Part shown: positions 27,802-38,327 of the stretch, piece after piece
How positions within the stretch are numbered: the first letter of the stretch is position 1
Layout: every line of letters starts with the position of its first letter
Source: Gammaproteobacteria bacterium CG22_combo_CG10-13_8_21_14_all_40_8
GTDB lineage: Bacteria; Pseudomonadota; Gammaproteobacteria; Enterobacterales; GCA-002770795
NCBI GenBank assembly: GCA_002770795.1
Contig: PCTP01000174.1
Coordinates: forward strand, 4,615 to 49,611
Direction of reading: 5' to 3'
Length of the DNA stretch: 44,997 nucleotides
The notes under the pieces: model-generated
The model's input: only the letters and a program-made list of their open reading frames with translations
Told to the model about the DNA's origin: nothing
The model's database searches: none
Translations under genes and position numbers: made by a program

Positions 27802-29622
27802 TTAAAAGAAATACTCTGTATGTATTTGTCCAGCTTGATTGAACTCAATTTCAATCACTGGAATTTTTGTCTTTTGCAGATAATAGAGGGATTCTTCGCC
27901 AATCGTTAACTCCATACGGATAATCGGTATATCTGCGGATATTTCGATACAATGTATACCGTTTGTCACTTTATTTCCTTCTAAAACCCAATCACTAGGT
28001 TTTAGCCTCCAACGCAATACGGCTTTTTCTTTAAACCCAGAAACATTGTCCGTCACAATCAATCTATTGGGTTCCAAAACCACTTCCCGAGAGTGACTGA
28101 CTCCTTGCCTGGTTCGATAAGAGGCATTGCATTGCCATTTATCATCCAACAAAAAATCGACATCATTAGTTTTTAACCAATCACCAAACAAAAAACGACC
28201 AATTCTGGGCATCTGTTCATTTCCATCAAACTGAATGGTATTATGTGACGAAACCCCAGAAAAATAATAATAATCATGCTGACTTGCATTATAACTGTAG
28301 CTTCCACCATCACGAAGTAAATTTTCACCTCTATGCCAGAAATCAACATGTAAAACATCCGCTTGGCCTGGCCGAAATTTAAAACGTGCATATCTCTGCA
28401 GGACAAATGCTTGCTTATTGATTAACAGGTTATATCCACCTTGATCAAACTGTATAGAAGTTTTTGGAGTCAGTAATTCTGTAGGGATTTCAATCTTTAG
28501 CCAATTGAGTTGATCATTCATGGGACCTTCAGATTCAAACGCAATTTTCTTGAGAAATAATGCTGAGGCCAACTGTGTAGAAGGCCTAAAATCTCGGTAA
28601 TCCGCTGAAGTGAGAGGCAGTAGATTTGCGCCATCATTAGCGCCTAAATTCGGCACAAATCCATTCTCTGATTGGATAAAATGATAAATCCATAAAGTGG
28701 CTTTTGCCAATTTCTCATAAAAATTGGTAGAAAACTTGGATAAATTTAGCTTGAGTCGCCAAATTTCAACAATAGATAAAGTATCTAACATAAGACGGTG
28801 ATAATTGATAGAGTACTGGCTAAAACTCCCATCATTTTCAATAAGGCTTAACACGCATTTTTCCAACCATTTTTCTCCTAACTTACACCAATCCTTACCA
28901 TCCTTATTTCCATTTTTTTGTAACCAACTCCCTCCTATGTATAAAGCTGCCGCTTCAGAAGTACCGTGGTTATTATTTTGTGCAATAGCATAAGAGAGCG
29001 TAGGAGCTATTCTTTGAAGATGGAGATGAACAAGATTCAAAAGAGCAGGTGTTGTTTTAGTCGATTGATTTAAAATCAATGCTGCTACCGCTAAATGAAT
29101 AATTCTTATAGAAGCCTCCTGTCCACATTTCCAATTTTCTCCCTTATATGGAGGATTATTCAAAATCCAGTCGGCTATCCATATATTTAGTTTGGGTAAA
29201 TTTTCATTTTTACCGAGAATTGTTTGTTGCGCAAAACCAATAACCCAATCAAATCTTGAAACTTCCCAAACCACTTTAATATCAACATGATCCGAAGCAA
29301 AATCTGGCAACTTCCACCAATCAAATTGAACACTAGAGATTATTTTATTCATAAATGGATTTAAGTGCCATTGAGGGACTTCAGCGTGATTTAAGGTAAA
29401 CCATCCAAAATAAGTGTTCTGATTCATCCAAGCCAGATTGCTATCAAGATGGTTTAGTTCTAAATCATTTGGCGGTTGGAAAAATATACCTGTAGGAATA
29501 TCAGCACCCATTCTCAATACTGGATTAGTGCCAAACTTGATACTTAACTTATACAGAATATATCGATAGATACTTCTTATACCTATGTCAAACGCAGTTC
29601 GCACAAGAATAAGATAACTCAT
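27802..29622 (-). CDS. Heparinase II/III-like family protein (lyase/epimerase fold) embedded in the biosynthetic operon
   Basis: Central NNHGTSEAAALYIGG (family N-H block). C-terminal ADVLHVDFWHRGENLLRDGGSYSY and SSHNTIQFDG match the Hepar_II_III C-terminal blocks H-A-D-x-L-S-F ... D-x-G-x-Y-x-Y ... H-N-T. No obvious signal peptide at MSYLILVRTAFDIGIRSIYRY. Confidence 0.75.
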   Translation of the reverse strand: MSYLILVRTAFDIGIRSIYRYILYKLSIKFGTNPVLRMGADIPTGIFFQPPNDLELNHLDSNLAWMNQNTYFGWFTLNHAEVPQWHLNPFMNKIISSVQFDWWKLPDFASDHVDIKVVWEVSRFDWVIGFAQQTILGKNENLPKLNIWIADWILNNPPYKGENWKCGQEASIRIIHLAVAALILNQSTKTTPALLNLVHLHLQRIAPTLSYAIAQNNNHGTSEAAALYIGGSWLQKNGNKDGKDWCKLGEKWLEKCVLSLIENDGSFSQYSINYHRLMLDTLSIVEIWRLKLNLSKFSTNFYEKLAKATLWIYHFIQSENGFVPNLGANDGANLLPLTSADYRDFRPSTQLASALFLKKIAFESEGPMNDQLNWLKIEIPTELLTPKTSIQFDQGGYNLLINKQAFVLQRYARFKFRPGQADVLHVDFWHRGENLLRDGGSYSYNASQHDYYYFSGVSSHNTIQFDGNEQMPRIGRFLFGDWLKTNDVDFLLDDKWQCNASYRTRQGVSHSREVVLEPNRLIVTDNVSGFKEKAVLRWRLKPSDWVLEGNKVTNGIHCIEISADIPIIRMELTIGEESLYYLQKTKIPVIEIEFNQAGQIHTEYFF

Positions 29623-29726
29623 CTGAAAAAAAAACTTCTTGGACCAAAATATTTTTTGGCCATTACAATCTTTCTATTGGACTGGTTAAGTAACATCATA
29701 TAATGCTCATTCAATACTGTTTGGGA

Positions 29727-30848
29727 TCACTTCATTAACGCTTGATTGACCCTATCAATCATGATGGAACTATTCCAATGATTTTTTGTTAAATTCAAGC
29801 TATATTGACACATTTCATGGTAATTCTGATTATCAAGTACCTTAGTTATAGCTTCAGCGAGATTGTGATTTGAATAATCATTTAAGATATAACCATTTTT
29901 ACCTTCGTGAATAAGATCATACTCAGTACCATCTGCAACACGAGAAACTACAGGTTTACCCAATAATGTCGCATGATGAATAACTAACCCCCCCATGCCA
30001 GGAACCACCACCACATCAGCTCTTTTGAAGTAATGTCCCACTCCATTAAATATTGCACCATAGAAGTTAACGGACTTCTCTAGCTCAAGCTGTTTTGTCA
30101 CCTCTTGTAATTGCTCAAGCTCAGGACCTGCACCTACAAACCATAGAAAAACATCTTGGCTCTCCCTCTCTGCTCGCATTATTTTAAATGCGTACAGAAG
30201 ATCCAGAGGTCTTTTTGATTTAATCAGAGAACCTACATAGAGTATGATCCTGCCCTCAATACTAAAGTTTGGTGCTGGATATTCTAAATCATCCAAAACC
30301 AGTCTGGTATTCATACTATTGGGAGCCAATATTATCTTGTCTTCATTGACATTTTTACAATCTAAATAATAGGTTTTAGCCAAAGTATTTCTAGCTAATA
30401 CACAACTACTTCGTTTAATTAAAAAATTAATAATAGGCTCAAAAAATCGAGTTAAAGCATTTGGTTTTCTATCTCTTACCTTTCCAAGACTCCACCAAAT
30501 AAATTTTTTTCTAAACAGAAAGCAATATAAAAATATAGAAATATTATTTAGGAAATTGATTTCACCTTCCGTGATAATCCTATCTGGCCTATCTTTGATT
30601 AATCTGAAGAATAAAAAAGGAGAGAAATAAAGTGGATAATCCTGATTTTTGTATTTGAAAACCCAAGAAGCATTCCATAGTCTTGTAATTGAAAAGTTGG
30701 CATCATGCCCTGATAAAGATTTAGGATCATCCTTTTGTTTAAACCCACCATCATAAACAATCACGTCATGTGAATTTTGCTCTATAAAAGCACTTAAAAA
30801 ACCAATTCGCCAATTAGCTAAATAAGGCTGAAAAAATGCAACTCTCAT
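29727..30848 (-). CDS. Glycosyltransferase (GT-B, GT1/GT4-like)
   Basis: Two-domain GT-B layout. C-terminal GMGGLVIHHATLLGKPVV...ADGTEYDLIHEGKNGY. Locus context. Confidence 0.75.
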   Translation of the reverse strand: MRVAFFQPYLANWRIGFLSAFIEQNSHDVIVYDGGFKQKDDPKSLSGHDANFSITRLWNASWVFKYKNQDYPLYFSPFLFFRLIKDRPDRIITEGEINFLNNISIFLYCFLFRKKFIWWSLGKVRDRKPNALTRFFEPIINFLIKRSSCVLARNTLAKTYYLDCKNVNEDKIILAPNSMNTRLVLDDLEYPAPNFSIEGRIILYVGSLIKSKRPLDLLYAFKIMRAERESQDVFLWFVGAGPELEQLQEVTKQLELEKSVNFYGAIFNGVGHYFKRADVVVVPGMGGLVIHHATLLGKPVVSRVADGTEYDLIHEGKNGYILNDYSNHNLAEAITKVLDNQNYHEMCQYSLNLTKNHWNSSIMIDRVNQALMK

Positions 30849-30850
30849 AG

Positions 30851-31306
30851 TTAGTATATATTTTCCAGTAAACTATACACATCTTCTTCTATCGTTCTGA
30901 TCACTCTAGCAGGACTTCCAGCAACAATAGAGTTATCGGGCACATCATGTAAAACAACAGAGTTTGCACCGATAATGACATTATTTCCAACACGAATATC
31001 TCCGAGTATCCGTGAACCAGCTGAGATATAAACATTATTTGCGATAGTGGGTACACCATGAGGAGATAGTTTTCTTCCAATGGTAACATTTTGACCGATG
31101 ATCACCTTATCACCAATAATCGCTTTGCTATGGATAACCACACCAATTCCACCATAAGCAAATTTGCTATCTTTCCCAATTTTGGTTGTATAAGGAACAA
31201 CTGAATTATAGAAGAGGAAAATTAGCCCTTTAATAATTTTAGGTAGCAAAGGTATGCCTAACTCATATAATTTATTTGCTATTCTATATAATACTATTGC
31301 ATTCAT
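30851..31306 (-). CDS. Serine-acetyltransferase-like hexapeptide O-acetyltransferase
   Basis: PLLPKIIKGLIFLFYNSVV is a CysE-like helix. It is followed by hexapeptide repeats (IGDKVIIGQNVTIG ... VYISAGSRILGDIRVGNNVIIGANSVVLHDVPDNSIVAGSPARVI). Confidence 0.8.
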   Translation of the reverse strand: MNAIVLYRIANKLYELGIPLLPKIIKGLIFLFYNSVVPYTTKIGKDSKFAYGGIGVVIHSKAIIGDKVIIGQNVTIGRKLSPHGVPTIANNVYISAGSRILGDIRVGNNVIIGANSVVLHDVPDNSIVAGSPARVIRTIEEDVYSLLENIY

Positions 31307-31617
31307 AACCAGACCTGTACAACCCAGAGAGCTTGTCGATAATGATATATTTTTTGATTAAATCCTAGAAGCCTGTCCGAGAACAGACTGAACTACTGCG
31401 GCCAATGTTGATTGGCCAGCTTTCCCGATGAATTTCGTTACATACGACTGCATGGATGCAGAGCAACGCAGGAGCAGTTGCCGAGAATGACTATTCACCT
31501 CAATCCAGCGAAAAATCTGACTCAAACGGGCTTTGATTACCACCAATTATAAGAAAATACAGGAAAGCGGTACTATTATTACATAAAAATATATCCACTG
31601 CATGTACCAAAATATGA

Positions 31618-32811
31618 TTAGCGCTTTTTAGATCTAAAATCATTGAAATGATACAAGGTCATTGATATGGCGTACAAGGTAAAATAGGATATTAGGGTAG
31701 AGAGTGCAGCCCCCATAACTCCCTTGGTTGGGATTAGATAGAAATTCATAGCAATGTTAATGATGGCTGCTATCAATGAAGATATTGTTATTAAGTATGT
31801 TTTTTCAATTTTTGCCAGAAGGTAATTCATTTTAAAGAAAAATGGCATAATCAAATGTCCCAACAAAACCAATATAAATGAAATCAGGGAATCTTGTTCT
31901 CCATAATGCATTTTGGATAAAAAATAATTATAAAAAATCACTACCCCTAGGCTTACAGCTCCTCCTAATATAAGACATTGCCTCAAAAACTTATTCGCAT
32001 AATTCTCAGCCAACTCTATTGTTTTTGCATTATAGATAACGACTTCCCATTTCACCGCGAGTATGACATAAATAAAAGTTAGGCTAGAAGCAAATGTATA
32101 CAAAGCACCATATTGACCAACAACAACTATGGGCAAATAAATAGACAGTATTAATCTATCAGAATAAGCTAAAACAAATGAAGTCAGGGCGTGTAAGGTA
32201 AGAGGTGTACCAAATCTGAGTGATTTTTTAAAGTATCCATTCCTGAAGCTACCAGAAAAACCAGTAAAAGTTTTAAATATTGTTTTTTTGACAAACAAAC
32301 CAAAAATTAGAGCAAGCAATTCAGCGACTAGGTAATAAACTGCCTGCTCAAAAACAACAATCAACAAAAATCCAATCAATAATCTTGCAAACGCATAACT
32401 AATGCGTATCCAACCAAATTCGCTGGCTGTTGCTGTTTTTCTCGCCAGGGCGATATGTAAACTATAACTGGTATATAAAATCGCTGTAAAAAAGAGTAGT
32501 AAATGATAGCTATTATCGAGTTTCCCCCATAAAAGCATGACTAGATAAGTCAAAATTGTACCTAAAAGGCTTATTAGTAAATTATATGGAATGTTTTTTG
32601 TATTAGAACTATCAATATATCGCAGAATAACAGTATTTTGTCCTAGAGCTCCAACACTTGATACAAACAATAAATAACTGGACAACAAAACTATATTTCC
32701 ATATGTTTTTGGCTCAATAAAAAATGGCAGTATAGCTAACAGTAGCCAATTACCTCCTTTCGCTATCGCTTCAAAGATGCTTAAGTTCAAAAAGATATTT
32801 TTTATATTCAC
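31618..32811 (-). CDS. Wzx-like flippase / polysaccharide biosynthesis membrane protein, copy 2
   Basis: 397 aa with about 10-12 hydrophobic helices. Directly downstream of the Wzy-like gene in the same operon. Confidence 0.65.
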   Translation of the reverse strand: MNIKNIFLNLSIFEAIAKGGNWLLLAILPFFIEPKTYGNIVLLSSYLLFVSSVGALGQNTVILRYIDSSNTKNIPYNLLISLLGTILTYLVMLLWGKLDNSYHLLLFFTAILYTSYSLHIALARKTATASEFGWIRISYAFARLLIGFLLIVVFEQAVYYLVAELLALIFGLFVKKTIFKTFTGFSGSFRNGYFKKSLRFGTPLTLHALTSFVLAYSDRLILSIYLPIVVVGQYGALYTFASSLTFIYVILAVKWEVVIYNAKTIELAENYANKFLRQCLILGGAVSLGVVIFYNYFLSKMHYGEQDSLISFILVLLGHLIMPFFFKMNYLLAKIEKTYLITISSLIAAIINIAMNFYLIPTKGVMGAALSTLISYFTLYAISMTLYHFNDFRSKKR

Positions 32812-32876
32812 GAGGAGTAAGGCATACTAATTAGTGATAATTCTAATAGTCTCAGAACAATCATATGATGCCTCCA

Positions 32877-34124
32877 TTATATTGCTTCAACTGAATGAGA
32901 AGTTTCGGATGCCTTGGTTTCAAAAGCTTTTATTGCAACAGGAACAAAAAACCACATAAAAAGCATTAACCCCATGGCGTCCAAAGATCCAGCCTTTAAA
33001 TCGTGGCCAACCATAAATAATCCCAAAAATGAAAATAATACAATTTCCGTATTCCACATGAAATTCTTAAACGGCCTCATTACTTTTACTGATGTATAAA
33101 CAATAGAGAACACGATATATGTCATAACCACCCCTCCCAAAAGGCCTAATTCATAAAAAGCTTCTACAATATCATTATGGGGATAGACATTATTTCCAGG
33201 GAAATCAACAGCAAAAGATGCTAAACCTCCCCCAAAAGGGTTATTTGCTATTCCTTCAAATGCAAAATCGTATAATATTTTACGGGAATTAGTCGCTTCA
33301 CCTTCTAAAACCTGAGACCAATATAAGAACAACCTCTGATCATAGATTTCAGAAACATCAATTATGGTCAATACGTAGAGTAAAATAACACTGAGCACAA
33401 AAAAACTTAAGAAAACCGATAGCATACCAGCGCGTCTATATATAAAAAAACACATCAATACAAATAACATCATGGCATGGGCACGTTGTCCAAGGATGAG
33501 AATTAAAAATATTAACAAAAAAATGTATAAATAACGGATGCTATTTATAAACCAGTTTCTTTTCTTGGGAAGAATTAACCCCATTAAGGTAAATGTAAAT
33601 ATCAAAGACATACTGATAATAGAAAACTCTTCCATCTCAACAAACTCTTTACTTGATCGCCATGTCGAAAAAATCACATATTCTCTATATTGATAAACAA
33701 AAATAACACCAATTATCGAAATCAATAGAAATCCGTCAAAAATGCCATAAATATATGATTTTTTATTCTGATTGGATAATGCAAAGGCGACCAGAATGGT
33801 TGGTAGAAAAACTGAATACACAAAATAAGATAACTTTACCTCAACATAATTTCCATATCCAGGAGAGAAAATTGAATATATTTGATTTTGTGATGAATAC
33901 AGAAGAATAATGATAAATAGTATAAATAAAACCATGAGTTTTTTGCTGTTTGTTTTATCGAGAGAGCCTCTCATTATATTAACCAAGGCTGCTATTGATA
34001 AAAAAAGGAGTCCTATTATTTTATTATGGATTCCCAAATCCAGGCCTCTCCCCAAATAGGGCCATAACACGCCAATGCCTAGTATAAACCCCTCTCTCCG
34101 AGCTAATATATAGGTATTAACCAC
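32877..34124 (-). CDS. O-antigen polymerase/ligase-family membrane protein (Wzy-like)
   Basis: About 10-11 TM helices. There is a larger loop region (…LFLYWSQVLEGEATNSRKILYDFAFEGIANNPFGGGLASF…) and a GQRAHAMM block, typical of the Wzy_C/O-antigen ligase domain. Confidence 0.7.
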   Translation of the reverse strand: MVNTYILARREGFILGIGVLWPYLGRGLDLGIHNKIIGLLFLSIAALVNIMRGSLDKTNSKKLMVLFILFIIILLYSSQNQIYSIFSPGYGNYVEVKLSYFVYSVFLPTILVAFALSNQNKKSYIYGIFDGFLLISIIGVIFVYQYREYVIFSTWRSSKEFVEMEEFSIISMSLIFTFTLMGLILPKKRNWFINSIRYLYIFLLIFLILILGQRAHAMMLFVLMCFFIYRRAGMLSVFLSFFVLSVILLYVLTIIDVSEIYDQRLFLYWSQVLEGEATNSRKILYDFAFEGIANNPFGGGLASFAVDFPGNNVYPHNDIVEAFYELGLLGGVVMTYIVFSIVYTSVKVMRPFKNFMWNTEIVLFSFLGLFMVGHDLKAGSLDAMGLMLFMWFFVPVAIKAFETKASETSHSVEAI

Positions 34125-34353
34125 GGTTTAGTTCCTGTGTAGAAAGGGGGCCTTCTTCAAATATTAGCGACGGATTAAAGCAACAACACTTTAATTGAGT
34201 CAATTGCAAAAATAATTTGTAATATATAATCATAACCATTCAAGAGAACAGAACTAAGAGAGAAAGCACATTATTTTTATCCATTGAATGCAAAAAATAT
34301 CTGGTAAACTACATTTTAGAAATAAGGATGTCGTTGTGCATCTGTCGTAGTGA

Positions 34354-35631
34354 TCAAAACCAAATTCCTTTGGTATCGATACACCTTTTACCCTTTAACA
34401 CTTCGGGATCAATTTTTTTAAATTCGTCATGCTCAACTAACAGCAAAATAACATCCGCTAAATCTATAGCCGTATTTAAATCCACAATTTCAAATGAGAA
34501 TTTATGATGTTCAATTTTTAAATTGGGTTCAACAGAGATAAGCTTACAAGCAAGCTCTTGATGTAATATTTCAGTAATTTTTAAAGCGGGGCTTTCTCTA
34601 ATATCATCAATATTGGCCTTAAATGATAAGCCCAAGCAAGCCAAAGTCAAATCTTGGATATTTTTATGCGGGTTATCTGTACAAACATCTAAAAGAACAG
34701 ATTTAACTTTATCCATCACCCAATTAGGTTTACTGTCATTGACTAATCTAGCTTGATGGATAAGTTTCGCTTGAGCAGGGTTTTTTGACACAATGAACCA
34801 TGGATCAACGGCGATACAATGCCCCCCTACTCCAGGACCAGGTTGTAAAATATTAACCCTTGGATGTCTATTAGCTAGCGATATAAGTTCCCAAACATCA
34901 ATCCCAAGATCATCACAAATAATTGACAACTCATTAGCGAAAGCAATACCTACATCACGAGATGCATTCTCAGTTAATTTTGCCATCTCTGCTGTTCTTA
35001 CATTTGTAATGACGCATTCTCCTTCAACAAAAATCCGATACAACTCTAACGCTTTATGAGAACAAGCTGGTGTAATGCCACCAATAACACGATCATTTTC
35101 TCGCAACTCTCTCATAACTTGTCCAGGCAGTACCCTTTCAGGACAATGTGCAATGTAAACATCTACATTATCCCGACCTTGCTCGGCAAATACCAAGTCT
35201 GGCCGAGCTGCTTGTAGCCATAAAGCCATCTGTTCTGTTGCCCCTACTGGAGATGTCGATTCCAGTACCACAAGATTTCCTTTCTTTAAAACAGGTGCAA
35301 TCGCTTTTGCTGCCGCTTCAATGTAACTCAAATCAGGTTGAGGGATTTCTTCCTGATTTTTTACTGGAAAAAAAGGCGTTGGAACAGCGATTAGAAACGC
35401 ATCAGCACATTCAGGAACTGTGGTTGCACGCAGATAGCCACTTTGTACTGATCTCAGCACATAGTTATCTAACTCAGGTTCAATAATGTGAATTTCCCCA
35501 CGATTAATGGTATCTACAGTCGACTGGTTCACATCAACTCCAATCACTTTTATTTGTTTTGATGCAAATGCTGCAGCAGTGGGTAATCCAATATAGCCGA
35601 GTCCAACAACAGAAATAGTTTCAAATGACAT
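34354..35631 (-). CDS. wecC: UDP-N-acetyl-D-mannosamine dehydrogenase
   Basis: MSFETISVVGLGYIGLPTAAAFASKQIKVIGVDVNQSTVDTINRGEIHIIEPELD is near-identical in pattern to E. coli WecC. Catalytic GVGGHCI. Confidence 0.9.
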   Translation of the reverse strand: MSFETISVVGLGYIGLPTAAAFASKQIKVIGVDVNQSTVDTINRGEIHIIEPELDNYVLRSVQSGYLRATTVPECADAFLIAVPTPFFPVKNQEEIPQPDLSYIEAAAKAIAPVLKKGNLVVLESTSPVGATEQMALWLQAARPDLVFAEQGRDNVDVYIAHCPERVLPGQVMRELRENDRVIGGITPACSHKALELYRIFVEGECVITNVRTAEMAKLTENASRDVGIAFANELSIICDDLGIDVWELISLANRHPRVNILQPGPGVGGHCIAVDPWFIVSKNPAQAKLIHQARLVNDSKPNWVMDKVKSVLLDVCTDNPHKNIQDLTLACLGLSFKANIDDIRESPALKITEILHQELACKLISVEPNLKIEHHKFSFEIVDLNTAIDLADVILLLVEHDEFKKIDPEVLKGKRCIDTKGIWF

Positions 35632-35649
35632 TAATTTTCTCTATATATA

Positions 35650-36777
35650 TCAGGATGCAATAATAGCGTTAAGTATTTTTTGACTAGCGGTCCCATCTCC
35701 ATATGGATTATGGGCTTTACTCATTTTTTGATACAGCTGTTCATTTTCTAATAATTCAATAAGTGCTTCGGATATTTTATTAGAATTTGTACCAACTAAT
35801 CTTACAGTTCCAGCTTCAACAGCTTCCGGTCTTTCAGTCGTATCTCTCATCACTAAAACCGGTTTTCCTAGAGTAGGCGCCTCTTCTTGAATACCGCCAG
35901 AATCGGTTAATATAATGTATGATCGACTCATTAAATAGACAAATGGTAAATAGTCTAAGGGATTAATCAAAAAGATATTACTTTTGTTGGATAATAAACG
36001 TTTTACAGGTTCTTGAACATTTGGATTAAGATGAACAGGGTAAACAATTTGTAATTGAGGGTATTTATCTGCAATCTTGGCTAGTGCACAGCATATACTT
36101 TCAAAACCTTCACCAAAACTCTCTCTTCTATGCCCCGTCACTAAAATTATTTTTTCCTCATCATTTAAGAAATCAAACTGCTCACTACATTCTTTTGCTA
36201 ACGCTTTATTATTTTTAATTTTATTGACAACTGTAATCAAAGCATCTGTGACAGTATTACCCGTTATATAAATTTTATCGGTAGTTACACCTTCGCGTTT
36301 TAAATTATCGGCAGCTTTCTCAGTGGGAGCAAAATGATATTCAGTCAAAACGCTTGTCAATTTTCTATTGGCTTCTTCAGGCCAAGGAGAATACAAATCT
36401 CCTGTTCTAAGTCCAGCTTCAACATGACCAACTTTGATCTGTTCATAAAATGCAGCCAGGGCAGCTGCAAATGTTGTGGTGGTATCACCATGAACCAACA
36501 CAATTTCTGGAGCCAATTCTCTAAGTATAGGGCGTAACCCATTTAATATACTGGTAGTAATACTGCTCAAAGACTGTCCTGGTTTCATTATATCTAAATC
36601 AAAATCAGGTGTTATTTCAAATAAGCTCAGTACTTGATCCAACATTTGACGGTGTTGAGCAGTTACACAGATCTTTACATCAAATTCTTTTCTCAACGAA
36701 AGACACTTCACTAAGGGAGCCATTTTTATCGCTTCAGGACGAGTCCCAAACACGAATAGAATTTTCTTTTTTAACAT
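35650..36777 (-). CDS. wecB: UDP-N-acetylglucosamine 2-epimerase (non-hydrolysing)
   Basis: [78 protein letters not shown]. The start is placed at the ATG at 36777 ([15 protein letters not shown]) by analogy with the E. coli WecB N-terminus. The track's TTG at 36834 and the ATG at 36792 are alternatives. Confidence 0.92.
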   Translation of the reverse strand: MLKKKILFVFGTRPEAIKMAPLVKCLSLRKEFDVKICVTAQHRQMLDQVLSLFEITPDFDLDIMKPGQSLSSITTSILNGLRPILRELAPEIVLVHGDTTTTFAAALAAFYEQIKVGHVEAGLRTGDLYSPWPEEANRKLTSVLTEYHFAPTEKAADNLKREGVTTDKIYITGNTVTDALITVVNKIKNNKALAKECSEQFDFLNDEEKIILVTGHRRESFGEGFESICCALAKIADKYPQLQIVYPVHLNPNVQEPVKRLLSNKSNIFLINPLDYLPFVYLMSRSYIILTDSGGIQEEAPTLGKPVLVMRDTTERPEAVEAGTVRLVGTNSNKISEALIELLENEQLYQKMSKAHNPYGDGTASQKILNAIIAS

Positions 36778-36885
36778 ATTTTCAACTTTCATATTTACAA
36801 TTTTTGAGGAAATTGATTCATGAACAGGAACCAAACAAGAAAGCCTTGTAGAAATTCTCCAGATGCTGCAAGTTCAACTCGGTGT

Positions 36886-38214
36886 TTATGCATTGATAAC
36901 ATTTGTAGATATATTATGTTGAAACCTTCCTCTGGTATCAATGATCAATTTGGCATTAGATAAAATTAGATCATAATTAAATTTATCGTGATCTGTTGCC
37001 AGTAAAACAACATCAAATGATTTTATCACAGTTGATGTTAAAGCAATGCTGGTTAGGTTGAAATGATGTTGTTTCATTTTTGGGAAAACTGGAACATGGG
37101 GATCTGAATATTCAAGAATGGCGCCTTTGCTCTGTAGAATCTCCATTAATTTTACTGAGGGTGATTCTCTCATATCATCGACATTTTTTTTATAAGCAAT
37201 CCCTAATAAGAGTATTCGACTTCCTTTCACCGACAAACCCAGGTCATTTAAAGCATTGACTAATTTCTCAATAACCCAATGGGGCATTGAAGAATTCACT
37301 TCACCAGCTAATTCGATAAAACGGGTATGTACTCCATATTCTCTTGCCTTCCAAGTAAGATAGAATGGATCAATTGGGATACAGTGTCCTCCTAATCCTG
37401 GGCCGGGGTAATACGCAGTAAATCCGAATGGCTTGGTTGCTGCGGCTCTGATCACTTCATGAATATCAATTCCCATTTTATCAGCAACAACTTTCATCTC
37501 ATTCACTAACCCTATGTTCACAGAACGATGAATATTTTCTAATAGTTTGGTCATTTCAGCTGTTTTTGTAGAACTTACACTAACAACTTTATCTATGACA
37601 GCTTCATAAAGAGCGACTCCAACCGCTGTACACTCGGATGTATAACCCCCACAAATTTTGGGTATTGTTTGGGTAGAGAACAAATTATTTCCAGGGTCTT
37701 CTCTCTCAGGAGAATAGATCAGAAAAAAATCCTCTCCAACCTTGAAACCCATAGACTCGATTCTGGGCAATAATTCTTCGTCTGTCGTCCCAGGATAAGT
37801 GGTGCTTTCCAGTGATAATACTTGCCCCTTAACGAGATAAGGTAGCATTGCATCCATAGTGTCAAGCACATGACTTAGATCAGGTTCTCGAAACTTACTT
37901 AAAGGCGTTGGTACACATAAAATTAAAGCATCACATTGAGTGATATTTGAAAAATCTGCTGTTGGAAAGAAGCCAAAATTGATGGCATTATTTATCGAGC
38001 TTGAAGAAATATGCTCTATATAACTTTCTCCCCTTTTCAGTTTGTCGATTTTGAATGTATCAATATCAAATCCTATGACACTGAATCCAACCGCAATATA
38101 TCTCAGCATCAATGGTAAACCGACATAACCCAAACCAACAATTCCAATAGTTGCAGATTTAGAGATCAATTTGTTTTTTAGCTCATGAGCTATCGCTTGA
38201 TTCATTTTAAGCAC
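36886..38214 (-). CDS. Nucleotide-sugar 6-dehydrogenase, WbpA/WbpO/TviB-like (UDP-HexNAc to UDP-HexNAc uronic acid)
   Basis: [17 protein letters not shown]...[20 protein letters not shown], catalytic [13 protein letters not shown]-terminal [15 protein letters not shown]. Confidence 0.85.
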   Translation of the reverse strand: MLKMNQAIAHELKNKLISKSATIGIVGLGYVGLPLMLRYIAVGFSVIGFDIDTFKIDKLKRGESYIEHISSSSINNAINFGFFPTADFSNITQCDALILCVPTPLSKFREPDLSHVLDTMDAMLPYLVKGQVLSLESTTYPGTTDEELLPRIESMGFKVGEDFFLIYSPEREDPGNNLFSTQTIPKICGGYTSECTAVGVALYEAVIDKVVSVSSTKTAEMTKLLENIHRSVNIGLVNEMKVVADKMGIDIHEVIRAAATKPFGFTAYYPGPGLGGHCIPIDPFYLTWKAREYGVHTRFIELAGEVNSSMPHWVIEKLVNALNDLGLSVKGSRILLLGIAYKKNVDDMRESPSVKLMEILQSKGAILEYSDPHVPVFPKMKQHHFNLTSIALTSTVIKSFDVVLLATDHDKFNYDLILSNAKLIIDTRGRFQHNISTNVINA

Positions 38215-38327
38215 TCGTTCTAAATGATTTTGCTAAAATCCTCTATCTAACAAAATCAAGTGAAATTCAATATTCTTTAGGCATGCCATCTACTTACATA
38301 AACAAATGTATGGAATATACCCAAACC

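Noticed and set aside
29623-29726. An A9 homopolymer (29626-29634) immediately upstream of the heparinase-like gene start as a phase-variation tract.
   Set aside because: A/T runs of this length are frequent throughout this AT-rich window, including inside genes. It is outside the coding sequence, so there is no specific support.
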